Origin: Haliotis rubra
Taxonomy: Eukaryota
Assembly: GCF_003918875.1 (NCBI RefSeq)
Contig: NW_025765725.1
Location: forward strand, 992,001-1,056,000
Reading direction: 5' to 3'
Length of the DNA stretch: 64,000 nt
The position numbers and the translations under genes were made by a program. Below are positions 37,622 through 51,080 of the stretch, piece after piece. How positions within the stretch are numbered: position 1 is the stretch's first letter; every line of letters begins with the position of its first letter. A model generated the notes under the pieces. It made no database searches, had not been told where the DNA came from, and was given only the letters and a program-made list of their open reading frames with translations.

Positions 37622-39112
37622 TCTCTGTCACATGGTCAGCCAGAAGGCATGCTGCATGCTTCACAGAGGCTGACGACATCCAGGATCATGAGCAGAGGGG
37701 CGTGTTTGGGCGAAAGGTACAAGAGAGGCCATAAACTTTGTTTACAGTTTGTTTCCACCCAGCTGTCGAACATGAGAGAGACAGTACAATCCATGAGATA
37801 GATAAGTTTAAAAATTATAAATATACATTTGTATTTTCTTAGTATAATGGATGATGTCATGATGCAGTAGATGAGGTTATAATACGCTTGATGACATGAT
37901 ACAATAGATGACCTCATGATACAATGGATGACCTCATGATACAATGCGTGTCATGATATGATATCAAGTGGTTGATAGGAGACCACAACGTTACAAGGCT
38001 GCCCACAAAAGCTGCACAAAAACAACAGCATCAACAACAGCGTCAACAACAGCGTCAACAACAGCTGCTGGGACAAGACTGTATATAACATATATTTTCA
38101 GGAATTACTACATTTAGGTCTGCCTGGAACAGTAGCTGAAATTGTTTTAATCCCTTCCCGATATAAACGCTGCATAAAAAAACAACAGGCTTGAATAAAT
38201 TCTGAGACAGTACATTGGATTACCTAAACCACACCTGTGGCATGACAAGGATCTTCTCGGTGGTCAGACAGACAATCCAGTGATCAACAGCATGAGCATC
38301 GATCTGCGCAATTGGGAACCAATGACATGTGTCAACCAGGTCAGCGAGCCTGACCACCCGATCCCGTTAGTCGCCTCTTACGACAAGCATGGGTTACTGA
38401 AGATCAATATTCTAACCCGGATCTCCATGGGTAGCGAGGGAGATAACTGCTGGATGTTACATTTCTTTCTTAAGAGAGGGGCGGTGGGGTAGCCTTGTGG
38501 TTAAAGTGTTCGTTCGTCACGCCGAAGGCCCGGGTTCGATTCTGATATGTTGTCCCCCGTGATATTGTTAGGATATTGCTAAATGCGGCGAAAAACTAAC
38601 TTCACTCACTCACTAGTCAGTAATACGTCATTCAATACAGTCAGTAATACGTCATTCAATACAATCAGTAATACGGTGATTAATACTGTCAGTAAGGCAT
38701 TCGTAACACATACGGATTCTCTTAAAATATACACATGGGAAAAAGTATCGCAACACAGGCCATTCGTATTCATCTCATGATAATATTCGTTTTTTATGAT
38801 TACAATACGTATATCCGCCATTAAACAATTATGTTTCAGTAAACCGTTCTTACAGCTTTGAAAAGCTGATTTCGTTGTTGATAGGCAAATATGGGGTGTA
38901 GATTTAGGTAAGTTCCTCGTTATGGTTAATGGTAGCATGTTTATACTAAGAAATAACAGCATTTTGGGATCCTTTTTTTCATGTGTGTATTGAGCCGGTT
39001 CCAAATAAATAAGTAAATAAATATATAATAAAGATACAAACAAACAAATGTTCATTCTGACCTTCAGGGAGAAGTGAATACAGATAACAGCATCGCTTTG
39101 TTATGGTACGAA

Positions 39113-39468
39113 ACCGCCTCCGTGGTGTAGTGGTTAGAGCGTCCGCCCGGAGAGCGGAAGGGCGCGGGTTCGATCCCCGGCCGCGTCATACCAAAAGACG
39201 TTAATATATGGTACTTGTTGGTCCCTGCCTGGCGCTCGGCATTAATGGGTACAACAAGGACTGGTCGGCTCGGAGTCAGTATAATGTGTCTGAGTGGGGT
39301 ATTCATGCTTCACTGCGGCATGGTATCTCAGTGGGCTAGCACTATAAAACCAGCTTAAGTCTGGGCTAGTACAAGCAGCCGCACATACACATACACACGC
39401 ATGCACGTCGTCAAATGAGCGAAATATTCTCAAGCACGACGTTAAACCCAATTTCACCTCACCTCACC
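39113..39468 (+). mobile_element. SINE family D (tRNA head with Deu/Nin-like middle, ~355 bp)
   Basis: A box tggtgtagtgg, B box ggttcgatccc, middle cataccaaaagacgtt…cctggcgctcggcatta, (TCACC)n tail, TSD ttgttat(g/a)gtacga. Confidence 0.88.
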
Positions 39469-40242
39469 TTGTTATAGTACGATGCATTATGACAACGTTA
39501 ATTCATTTGTGTGTGCAGATGCGCACACAAGAGAAATAAACTGAATATGTGCGCTCGTGTGTGTGTCTGTCTGTGCCTCTAGATAAGTAGTTTGATCCGT
39601 GTTAGTAATGCGTATGACCTTGCGGAGGGTCGTCAGTCGGGGACCTTCCTGGTATAAATCTTACATGTCACAAACGACCCATGGAACAGGACACGGTCAC
39701 CCAGTTAGCGGCCATTGTTGATTTATGATGTTCTAGGTTTAATACTTACAAACATGCTGATACAGCATAAGGCAATATCTCCCATCCGAATCCCTTGTTC
39801 AACGGGTTCTGGCTTCTGGAATTGGAATCACTTATGTTCAAATTTATTGACTTTGTGGATTTCCATGCAAGTAGTTATATTTTTACAGTTAGGTGCCGTT
39901 AGGTTACTAGGTTACTAGGTGACTAGGTGACTTGGGCAGTTACGCAAGTACACGCCTGTGTCATGTATGGGATATATTGTAATATATCCTACATAATATA
40001 CACTCTAAAGTATACATTTAGTGCTATTTTTACAATTACATGTATCTGACTGACTGATGATATTGGTTTTACGCCGCTTTTAGCAATATTTCAGCGACAT
40101 CACGGCGGGGACACCAGAAATCTAAATTGTACCCATTGGGGATTCGAACCCTCTTTTTACAACGCTTTAACACTGCTACCCCATCTATGTATCTAGGTTA
40201 CTAGGTGACTTGAGTAGATACGCAAGTACACGCCTGTGTCAT

Positions 40243-40506
40243 GTGAGTGAATGAGTGAGTGAGTGAGTGAGTTTAGTTTTACGCCGAACTCAGCAATATT
40301 CCAGCTGTATGGCGGCCTTCTGTAAATAATCGACTCTGTACCAGACAATCCAGTGATCAACAGCAATGAGCATCGATCTGCGCAATTGGGAATCGATGAC
40401 ATGTGTGAACCAAGTCAACGAGCCTGACCACCCGATGCCGTTAGTCGCCTCTTACGTCAAGCATGGGTTACTGAAGATCAATATTCTAACCCGGACCTGC
40501 ACGGGT
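40243..40506 (-). mobile_element. SINE-like family B
   Basis: Matches family consensus; TSD-like cctgtgtca(t/c)gt. Confidence 0.88.
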
Positions 40507-40589
40507 ATCCTGTGTCACGTATGTCATACACTCTAAAAGACATTATTTGTGATAAACTGATATATATACTATAAATACAAAAAGACTAC

Positions 40590-42690
40590 AATATATGGGT
40601 AGACTACACTGCATGGGTCAGTTACACCGTACAGGTAAATTACATTGTATTGGTAATCTAAACTGTGTTTGAAAGCTACACTGTATGGGTAAGCTACACA
40701 GAACAGGTAAGTTACAGTGTATGGGTAATCTAAACTGTGTTTGTAAGCTACACTGTATGGGTAAGCTACACAGAACAGGTAAGTTACATTGTATGGGTAA
40801 TCTAAACTGTGTTTGTAAGCTACACTGTATGGGTAAGCTACACAGAACAGGTAAGTTACAGTGTATGGGTTGTATGGGTAATCTAAACTGTGTTTGTAAG
40901 CTACACTGTATGGGTAAGCTACACAGAACAGGTAAGTTACATTGTATGGGTAATCTAAACTGTGTTTGTAAGCTACACTGTATGGGTAAGCTACACAGAA
41001 CAGGTAAGTTACAGTGTATGGGTAATCTAAACTGTGTTTGTAAGCTACACTGTATGGGTAAGCTACACAGAACAGGTAAGTTACATTGTATGGGTAATCT
41101 AAACTGTGTTTGTAAGCTACACTGTATGGGTAAGCTACAGAGAACAGGTAAGTTACAGTGTATGGGTAATCTAAACTGTGTTTGTAAGCTACACTGTATG
41201 GGTAAGCTACACAGAACAGGTAAGTTACATTGTATGGGTAATCTTAACTGTGTTTGTAAGCTACACTGTATGGGTAAGCTACACAGAACAGGTAAGTTAC
41301 ATTGTATGGGTAATCTAAACTGTTGTTTGTAAGCTACACTGTATGGGTAAGTTACAGAGAACAGGTAAGCTACAGTTACATTGTACATGGGTAATCTAAA
41401 CTGTGTTTGTAAGCTACACTGTATGGGTAAGCTACACAGAACAGGTAAGTTACAGTGTATGGGTAATCTAAACTGTGTTTGTAAGCTACACTGTGGGTGG
41501 GTAAGCTACAGAGAACAGGTAAGTTACATTGTATGGGTAATCTAAACTGTGTTTTGTAAGCTACACTGTATGGGTAAGCTACACAGAACAGGTAAGTTAC
41601 ATTGTATGTGTAATCTAAACTGTGTTTGTAAGCTACACTGTATGGGTAAGCTACACAGAACAGGTAAAGTTACAGTGTATGTGTAATCTAAACTGTGTTT
41701 TGTAAGCTACACTGTATGGGTAAGCTACACAGAACAGGTAAGCTACAGTGTATGGGTGTAATCTAAACTGTGTTTGTAAACACTGTATGGGGTACAGTGT
41801 TTGTAACGTGTTACAGTATGTAAGCTACACTGTATGGGTAAGCTACAGAACAGAAGCTACAATGTATGGGTAAGTACATTGTACAATGTAAGCTACAATG
41901 TATGGGTACATTGTACAGTTTGTAAGCTACAATGTATGGGTAAAGGTAAGTTACATGTGTAATCAGATACAGCTACAATGTATGGGTAAGCTACACATTG
42001 TACAGGTAAGCTACATTTTATTGGTAAGGTACATTGTACAGGTAAGCTACATTGTATGGGTAAGGTACATTGTACAGGTAAGCTACATTGTATGGGTAAG
42101 GTACATTGTACAGGTAAGCTACATTGTATTGGTAAGGTACACTGTACAGGTAAGCTACAATGTATGGGTAAGGTACATTGTACAGGTAAGCTACAATGTA
42201 TGGGTAAGGTACATTGTACAGGTAAGCTACATTTTATTGGTAAGGTACATTGTACAGGTAAGCTACATTGTATGGGTAAGGTACATTGTACAGGTAAGCT
42301 ACATTGTATGGGTAAGGTACATTGTACAGGTAAGCTACATTGTATGGGTAAGGTACATTGTACAGGTAAGCTACATTGTATGGGTAAGGTGGGGCGGTGG
42401 GGTAGCCCAGTGGTTAAAGCGTTGGCTCGTCACACCGAAGACCCGGGTTCCATTCCCCACATGGGCACAATGTGTGAAGCCCATTTCTGGTGTCCCCCGC
42501 CGTGATATTGCTGGAATATTGCTAAAAGCGGCATAAAACTACAGTCAGTCAGTCAGTATGGGTAAGGTACATTGTACAGGTAAGCTACAATGTATGGGTA
42601 AGGTACATTGTACAGGTAAGGTACAATGTATGGGTAAGGTACATTGTACAGGTATGCTACAATGTATGGCTAATTTACACTGTATGCTAC
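40590..42690 (+). repeat. Satellite with an 18-bp monomer; 72-bp then 36-bp higher-order repeats
   Basis: Monomers ctacactgtatgggtaag / ctacacagaacaggtaag / ttacattgtatgggtaat / ctaaactgtgtttgtaag, later ctacattgtatgggtaag / gtacattgtacaggtaag. Confidence 0.93.
42391..42555 (+). mobile_element. SINE A inserted into the 36-bp satellite
   Basis: Full-length copy flanked by gtatgggtaaggt on both sides. Confidence 0.9.
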
Positions 42691-43097
42691 AATTTTCAAA
42701 GAATCACAGTCAAAAAGGTCTTGCTTGACTGGGTTGAATATTCCACCACAAGGGATATATATTTCACATCACGAACTATGAAGGATCTTTTTAAAAATAT
42801 AAGTTATCATTTAATTATTGCATTTTTAAAGGAATTAGATTTGTTAACTGATTTGTAACTAGATAAATATTTTATTATTGGAAGTTTAAATTAATAACAC
42901 AGATTGTTAGTGGCTGTATTCTCAGGGGGGGTTAAAGTATTGTAAAATGATTGTCCTCCTAAAAAGGTACGTACGTCCCATAACATTCAAAGTAAATTTA
43001 AAGTCTCCACTTTTTTAATCGCAGAATATGTGTATTTTTAATGTATGGCTAGATGTGTGTAAATTGCTAACAGCTTAAGGGATGATGTAAATCCAGC

Positions 43098-43397
43098 TCG
43101 GGTCCATGCAGGTAGCAAATGTACTGTAAGTCCCCATGGTCCCTAGTATGGTGATCTACCTTCAGTTGTTGGCAATCTATAGCCTGTGTTAATATTGCAT
43201 TGTCTTGTATAGGTAAAATGTTTTTGATTTAGTTACTAGTTTTAAATTTCTAACTGTGATAATCTAGTTGTTTTACTGTCCTTCGTCGACAGGTTTTTAT
43301 GACATATCTTTACTTTATATTAGTGTATAACATGATTTAGTCACGATATGGCTGAAATATTGCCAAAGTGACTTTAAATTTTAATTCACTCACTCAT
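43098..43397 (+). mobile_element. Retroposon family C
   Basis: Colinear with 34988-35312. Confidence 0.7.
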
Positions 43398-43669
43398 TAA
43401 GCTACAATTTAGTAGATAGTTACACTGTATGTGTAAGATACAGTCGATTTGCATCATTCAGCTACACTGCATTGTAGAGTCGGTGGTCTGAAATTCCACA
43501 CCAGTCCTTGTTCTATCCTCTATACATTATTAATGGCGGAATTTCCTACATGTCACTAATCTCACTGGATAAATGTATACCTTGAATTATTTTGTTTTTC
43601 TAAATGTAGTCCTTACATATAGCATTTACAAGAATTGAATAGATATTTTACAAACAGACTAAGTGTCTA

Positions 43670-44866
43670 AGACGTCTCAATTTTGTAATGATACAGGCAT
43701 GAGTATAAACTTGAGTAAAACAAAATTATGGTTTTTCGGAAAGGTGGTCCTCTCCGCCACTATGAGGAGTGGTTCTTTGAGGATGAGAAAATAGAGGTAG
43801 TAAATGTATATAGATACTTAGGTGTTGTGTTCACACCATCTCTCTCATGGAAAGCACACAAAGCTTGTATGTCATTGTATAATTATCAAAATAAATTTGG
43901 TGCAATTTCGTGTCTAGATATATTTAAAATTTTTGATGCAGCTGTTTGTCCTATCCTTTCCTATGGGGCAGATATGTGGGGCACTTCATACTGTAGACAG
44001 ATAGAAAGTTTGCAAATATACTTCTGTAAAAGAATTTTGAAAGTTAGTAAATATACCAGCAATGTTATGGCGCTAGGTGAATGTGGCTGAGTTCCATTCC
44101 AATGTCAGTATATGTCTAGATGTGCTCAATATTGGTGTAGATTGCTTTAGTTAAATACTCATAGGTTGCCGTATCAGTGTTAACAAGTGCTTATGTTATT
44201 GGCTGAAGCTGGTAGAAATACTTGTGTTACATCTGGTTAACACATTTTGTATCAGTTTGGTATTAGTATTGTATGGTTATCCCAATATGTAGGTAATGTA
44301 AATCTATTCATGAGGTTGTATGATAGTTTATGTCAAGACTGGCGTCTTAGTATCTGGTTGATCAAAATGTATATGGTAAATTTAAGTCATTGCTGAGTGT
44401 AGAAAGATACTTAAGTGCAGATATTCCATATTAGTACAAGCATGTTATCTCAATTTAGGTGTAATAATTTCCGTTTAGCGGTTGAGTTGGGTAGCCATAA
44501 AACATCAGTTATGCTGATAGGATTTGTTCTTATTGTTATAGTAATGGTTTATTCCATGTTCTGTTGATATGTGAGAGATATGAAGATACTGGACAAGAAT
44601 GCCTTCCTTCATGTTTACTTGTTAACCGTAGTTTTGGTAATTTCATTAAGCTAATTTCTTGTATCACCATAAACACGTTAATTTGTGTTGAACGTCATAT
44701 ACAGAAAGTAAGAAGCAAATCTGATATTACAATGTTAAATTCATTAAATTCGCAGTACTAATACTTAAGCATATAAATTTACAATGCGATGTACCAGTGT
44801 GCCTGTAATTTTGTATTATGGGCCCTTGGCCTAGAATTACAGAAATAAAATCTGTCTGTCTATCTG
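43670..44866 (+). mobile_element. 5'-truncated, decayed non-LTR retrotransposon (RT C-terminus; RTE-X-like)
   Basis: NLSKTKIMVFRKGG…YRYLGV…PILSYGADMWG…FCKRIL…TSNVMALGECG, degraded Cys/His C-terminus, and AATAAA plus (TCTG)n tail at 44844-44866. Confidence 0.75.
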
Positions 44867-44944
44867 TCAATTTGCAGTGTGGAGATGAGTTGATCAGATT
44901 GGCTCTGATTAGGTTACGTTTTAGATGTATGCATACAAAATAGA

Positions 44945-45440
44945 TGTAACCTCTATACATTATCTTGTACATCAACTATGAAGTAACCTCTATGCATTAT
45001 CATCATCTATACATTATCTTGTACATCAACTATGAAGTTACCTCTATGCATTATCATGTACATCAACGTTGAAGCTACCTCTATACATTATCTTGTACAT
45101 CAACGTTGAAGCAACCACTATACATTATCTTGTACATCAACGTTGAAGTAACCTCTATACATTTTCATGTACATCAACGTTGAAGCTACCTCTATACATT
45201 ATCTTGTACATAAACTATGAAGTTACCACTATACATTATCATGTACATCAACGTTGAAGCAACCACTATACATTATCTTGTACATCAACGTTGAAGTAAC
45301 CTCTATACATTATCTTGTACATCAACTTTGAAGTTCCCTCTATACATTACCTTTTACATCAACTATGGACCTACCTCAATACATTATCCTGTACATCAAC
45401 TATGGAGCTACTGCTATACATTACCTTGTACATGTCAACT
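44945..45440 (+). repeat. 37-bp minisatellite
   Basis: Unit ctctatacattatcttgtacatcaac(tat/gtt)gaagtaac, about 13 copies. Confidence 0.9.
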
Positions 45441-45780
45441 AGTTTGTCTCTCAGACCCTTAAGGGTCACGCTGATGACCCAGGTTCGATTCCCCACATCG
45501 GTACAATGTGCAAAGCCCATTTCTGGTTTCCCCGCCGTGATATTGCTGGAATAGTGCTAAAAGCAGCGCAAAACCATACTCACTCACTCAGACCCTTAAG
45601 AATAAATCCAACTGGAGTCCTAATCAAGTTTAGTCCCGATTGCCTCAGCTCCAGAGTTTAAGGATTGTTCTGGGCTCCGTTTTGTTGGTAAATGTTTATA
45701 TATTTTTGAATGAGGTAACTTTTTTCTTGGACAAAAGGGAATATATTTTTGACCATATTCAAGGGCATTAATATAATATT

Positions 45781-46105
45781 ATGTTATGCTATGCTATGCT
45801 GTGCTACGTTGCTATGNNNNNNNNNNNNNNNNNNNNNNNNNNNNNNNNNNNNNNNNNNNNNNNNNNNNNNNNNNNNNNNNNNNNNNNNNNNNNNNNNNNN
45901 NNNNNNNNNNNNNNNNNNNNNNNNNNNNNNNNNNNNNNNNNNNNNNNNNNNNNNNNNNCTGCTAGCCTATGCTATGCTATGCTATGCTATGCTATGCTAT
46001 GCTACGCTATGCTACGCGTTGCGTTGCGTTGCGTTGCGTTGCGTTGGTTTGCGTCGGGTTGGGTTGGGTTGGGATAGGTTGATAAGATTAGATTCGATTA
46101 GATTA
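45781..46105 (+). repeat. Compound pentanucleotide microsatellite spanning an N-gap
   Basis: (ATGCT)n, then (GCGTT)n, (GGGTT)n and (GATTA)n. Confidence 0.85.
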
Positions 46106-46891
46106 TAACGTTGTGCTTAACAAATACAGAACTTGATGTCCAAAAATATCTTGGACATCAGCTGGATTCAGATTCTTGTCGTCGTCACAATCCGACAGCA
46201 GAACCCACATCATTAGCGTTCGTATGTCTCGCCTTTACGACCCAAGATGAGACAGTAAGTCACTTGAAAGTGAGTCAGTAGGTGAACACTGCTGACGCGA
46301 CACTAAAACGTATTCATTGTGCCCCTTGTTGTGGCAGGTACAATGATATAAGAAAGTGACGGACAACGGGCAAGTTCCCTGCTTTGCATAACCTGTGATT
46401 TGTTCATCTAGTTCACGTGAAGGTCAGGCTTGGAATCTGTCTTCAGCAACCTATGCTTGTCGTAGAGGTGACTTATTGAATGGGATTGTCAGGCTCGGGG
46501 ACCTGGTCAGTGCAAGTCCGTGTGAAGTCGGTCGATGTTAATGAGGACTATCACTGGATTCGATTGCTTACAGACAGGCGTCATATAGATTAAATATTGC
46601 TGAGTGAGCAGTTGAACAACAANNNNNNNNNNNNNNNNNNNNNNNNNNNNNNNNNNNNNNNNNNNNNNNNNNNNNNNNNNNNNNNNNNNNNNNNNNNNNN
46701 NNNNNNNNNNNNNNNNNNNNNNNNNNNNNNNNNNNNNNNNNNNNNNNNNNNNNNNNNNNNNNNNNNNNNNNNNNNNNNNNNNNNNNNNNNATAATGAATA
46801 TTTTGTTTTATTTAGCATACGCAAAGGTATTATACCCCTGAATCATTAGACGCAATTGAGTTAAATTCTTGAAACTGTAAAATGATATGTA

Positions 46892-48163
46892 CAGTACAAC
46901 CAGAAATTATTGAGAATTTAAAGATTGTAATTTTTTATATTTTTTTCACTCAGTACACGAGTATTAAATGTGAATATTAGCAGAACATAACTCCAGATTC
47001 AAAGACAGGTGAACAGTTAGTATTTTGTCAAGTCACCATGGGCAGCAATGCAGGCTTCAATGCGGCGGGGCATACTACTGATCAAAGAAGTTAGAAAGTC
47101 GTGGTCCATGATGTCCCAATATCGGACCACCTCTTCTTTCATTTCAGCAATATTTGTCAGATTTTGCTTATTGACACTTTCCTTCATAAGTCCCCAAACA
47201 TTTTCTATTGGATTTAGGCCAGGGTTATAGCTTTGCCAATCTAACAATGTCATATTTTGGGTCCGAAACCAGGCCTGTGAATGCTTTGAACGATGTTTTG
47301 GGTCGTTGTCCTGCTGGAAAATCCAAACATTTCCATAGCACACGTGAGCAGATGGAAGAGAATATCTGTGTACCGCTCACTGTTCATATTCCCTTCAAAT
47401 ACACAGAGAGGCGTTGCCCCTAACACAAATATGCCACACCACACGTTAAATTTCGGACTGTACTTTGGGCGCTGATACAAAGGTGTTTCAGTTTGTTTGG
47501 TCCAGAATTTCAGTGTATTAGAAGCAAGCCACACAGAACTTCCATCTGAGAAAATCACATTGTCCCTGTTAAAATTTCTATGCTGTAAGCACCAGTTCAA
47601 CCTTCGCTCCTTTTTTTCAGGTTTCATGATCGGTGATGGAATTACTCCACTTTTCTGCCAACATATTGCATGCAGCTCAGTTCTAATTGTCTCCCTAACA
47701 GACAGCCACAGTTCCTCTATCAATCATATCCAGCCTTAAGTTTTCTAAACTCCTTCGTTTGTTTTAGAAACAAGAATACCAAGCCGCCTCCTGTCACCGA
47801 CAGTCAATTTTCTGGGCCTACCTGCACCTCCCTGGTGCTCAATGCAATAACCATTTGCAATATTTTTCAAAACACGATAAACAGTGGACAAAGGGATGCC
47901 TGTTCTACTTGAAATCACTTTAGCTGATCTGATGTCAATGATCAACTTCCTCTTCTCTAAATCATCCATACTGAGGATCACTGAAAATGTCGTCTGCTAG
48001 CAAGTCAACAAAGGGGGATAACTCTTCACAAACTAATGAAAAAATATTAACGGAGTTCTCTCTCTTGAATGAAACCAAGCACTTGATAGCTGGTCAAGGT
48101 TGTTTATACTAGAAATCCAATTAAACATATTCCTAAACTTCTCAATAATTTCTGGTCATACTA
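46892..48163 (-). mobile_element. Tc1 (DD34E) transposon, full length but frameshifted
   Basis: TIRs cagtacaaccagaaattattgagaa / ttctcaataatttctggtcatacta, flanked by TA. Fragments: HTH …GIPLSTVYRV…GAGRPRK, VIFSDG, QQDNDPKH-(34)-NPIENVW, …AHGDLTKY. Confidence 0.92.
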
Positions 48164-50509
48164 TACTTCATATTGCTCTATCCGTCAAACTCCAAGCACG
48201 TTCAACAAATAATGTACTTGTCGATGCCTTTGCGGTTCCTGGCTTGAATTGGCCCCAGCAACCTGTATACCAGTAAAGATACCGGATAGAATTGATCTTC
48301 AGTAACCCATGATTGTCATAAGAGGTGACTGACGGGATCAGGTGGTCGGGCTCGCTTGCTTGGTTGACACATGTCATCGGTTCCCAATTGTGCAGATCGA
48401 TTATTTACAGACCGCCGCCATAAAGCTGGAATATTGCTGAGCGCGGCGTTAAGCGACAAACAATCTTTCACCTTTACTTTTATCATCAAATATGTACAAA
48501 ACCTATTTAAGTTGCTGATACGAGGTGTTGAATCTGAAGTGGTGCCATGTGCTGGTGACATACTGCGACATGTAACAGCATGCTCTGTAACATGCACGCG
48601 GCCTGGAACAGCTGTTTACCACTACTCTGTTGACATACTTGTTGAAGGTCATACAGCTGGAGCCAGGACGACGTGGTAGATGTTCCAGTTGTCGCTGCAA
48701 CAGAAGAATAACCCGGACCAATGTCCACACATCGGCACTGTAGCAGTGTGAAGAAGGGCCACCATTAAAATCAGTTGGATCATAACTGTATTCTATATTA
48801 TTGCTATATTCAGATGCGCAGATGAAATCCATAAAATGTTTATAAATAGAGGAAATAGTGCGAAGTTATACGCTATTTGGAACACATTGCAGTTATGTCA
48901 CAGGACAACAGCTGATCGTCACAGGTAAACTGAATGTAGTCCAAGGTCAATATAATGGTGCTAGAAACGCTGCTCTTGGACAACGAAGAGACAAGCTCAA
49001 CACAATGAGTACACCGACTCGGAGATTCTTATTTGTTTTTGGTTTTTTCGGGAATTCTTGATTTATTTTTTCTTTCAATTATTTTCTTAAAAATATGTTT
49101 TTATTTAAATCCGCAAAGTATGCATAACGTGTCGTGTGTAGACCACTTGATCATACATGCCATGATGTGACATGAGACGTTGTTGTGTCAGGCCGCAGGA
49201 CATGTAACCAAAAGGAAATGTAAAAAATTAAGAAACATTGGGATATCAGTGTGAACATTATAATGTATGTCTGTTTTATTTGCCATGCATTTCGGACTTC
49301 AGACACGCCCAAATACATGAGCATGGCTAAACTGAGTGAAAATGCCGATTTGTCGAACTTCATAAGAAAGTCGCACTAGTTTTAGTTTTAATGTCTGTAC
49401 TGTGTTTGTTGAATTTTATGAAGACCAGAAAAAAATAAAAATAAACCAGCATAGGTCGAAAACAAAATCTTCTTCACATTCACATGAACAAATTTGAATA
49501 CTCAATTGTTCTGCAAATTTGCAATTTCCACATATATTTATTATGCGTTTTCATAACTTGTATATTTTGCAGAATATGGATCATTAATACGTCTATCACA
49601 AGATGTTTTCCCACAAACAGAACATACCCGGAGTTCCTACCATAGCATGCACTACCAACACTGTAGATTCCTTCTGTGAACCACCTGGCTAAACACCTGG
49701 TTTATATTCATTTACTTGCAGAAAATTTGATTTTTAGAAAAAAGCACTAGACTTACATCCATACCGTTCCATCAACAAAACAGTTAAAAACTCGCTTCCA
49801 GACTGCAAATTGGCAATAGTGAGTGGGTATGGTTTTACGCCGATTTCTAGCACTATTCCATCAATATCCCGGGGGACACAAAAAGATGACATGTGAAGAA
49901 ATATCAGTGCACATATTGTTGCAAATATTCTAGCTTGGTTTTCTTACTTGTCTGTAAGAAGGCACTATAGTTTGAGAATCTTAGTCAGCTTTGGGCTGAT
50001 ATAATGTCGAAGAGACTTTTCAAATCATTTAGGGGCGGTGGGGTAGCCTAGTAGCTAAAGCGTTCGCTCCTCACGCCGAAGACCTGGGTTCGATTCCCCA
50101 GATGTGGGGACAATGTGTGAAGCCCATTTCTTGCTGAACACAAAACACAACACAAAATTCCTTCACTCACTAAGAACCAATCAATTCGCACGAACACCCA
50201 TGAAACTAGTCAGCAGTGCACAGTCTTGAGTAACCATTAAGCACCGACATATATATACAGTATATGTGTTGTTTCAGGATATTTGATCTGACTCTTGAGG
50301 CATTGATACGGGGAGGTGTTGTACGTAGCCTAGTGGGTTCGATTCCCCACATGGGTACAATGTGTGAAGACCATTTCTGATGTCCCCCGCCGTGATATTG
50401 CTGGATTATTGCTAAAAGCGGCGTAAAATGAAACTCATATCCCCTTTTCTATTTATGATGGCTGCATGAGCTTATTACATATTTCTGTGGCGGATTTTTA
50501 TTGAATTTA

Positions 50510-51080
50510 CTCTCCTGAACGAGCTATAATGGAGACGATTGAGACCCCGTTCTTCTTCTGTTTCATACACAGATTTATGTATAATGATGCAGGGTGGCAA
50601 AAAGCCCTATCCGCCAGACACTGTAACCAGAAATGATGTATTCAACTTTCCAATTGCCAACATTCCCTTCATGTTGAGCAGCTCCTGCATGTAATGTATA
50701 ATTTCAGGATTTATGAGCATGCTGTTTCTACGAAGACTTGAAACAGCATCAAACCACACGTTGTCACGGTAAAGCTTTCAAAAATATGGGGGCGGTGGGG
50801 TAGCCTAGTGGTTAAAGCGTTCGGTCGTCACGCCGAAGACCCGAGTTCGATTCCCCACATGGGTGTAGTGAGTAAAGCCCATTTCTGGTGTCCCCCGCCG
50901 TGATATTGCTGGAATATTGCTAAAAGCGGCGTAAAACCAAACTCACTCACTCACTTTCAAAAATATTTATGGTTTACATGCTATCTCTTTCAATTTGACA
51001 GTGATAAACATGATGTCTCATGAAATTCCCTGTTAAGACTCGAACCACATGTTTCCGCTCATCTTCAGGTGAACAGTTTT
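50510..51080 (+). mobile_element. Highly decayed Penelope-like RT C-terminal remnant interrupted by a SINE
   Basis: Fragments ETIET…SSVSYTDL…DVFNFPIANIPF…APA resemble the PLE RT motif DDFNFPIVNFPF…PAYG. Confidence 0.45.
50788..50953 (+). mobile_element. SINE family A (tRNA-derived, ~170 bp), clean copy
   Basis: A box tagcctagtgg, B box gttcgattcc, (ACTC)n tail, TSD ctttcaaaaatat. Partial or degenerate copies at 27535-27640(-), 38478-38613, 40050-40185(-), 45460-45590, 49820-49880(-), 50032-50132, 50310-50438, 62561-62710 and 63820-63920(-). Confidence 0.92.

Noticed and set aside
40618-42536. Cys/His-rich repeat ORFs resembling metal-binding proteins
   Set aside because: Satellite with period divisible by 3, open on both strands, broken by indels and a SINE.
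44945-45440. 37-bp repeats as a possible CRISPR array
   Set aside because: Units are head-to-tail with no unique spacers, no cas genes, and the context is eukaryotic.
50788-50860. SINE heads (families A, D and the Leu-like family) as tRNA genes
   Set aside because: A and B boxes are present, but acceptor stems are incomplete and each continues into a SINE body, most with TSDs.
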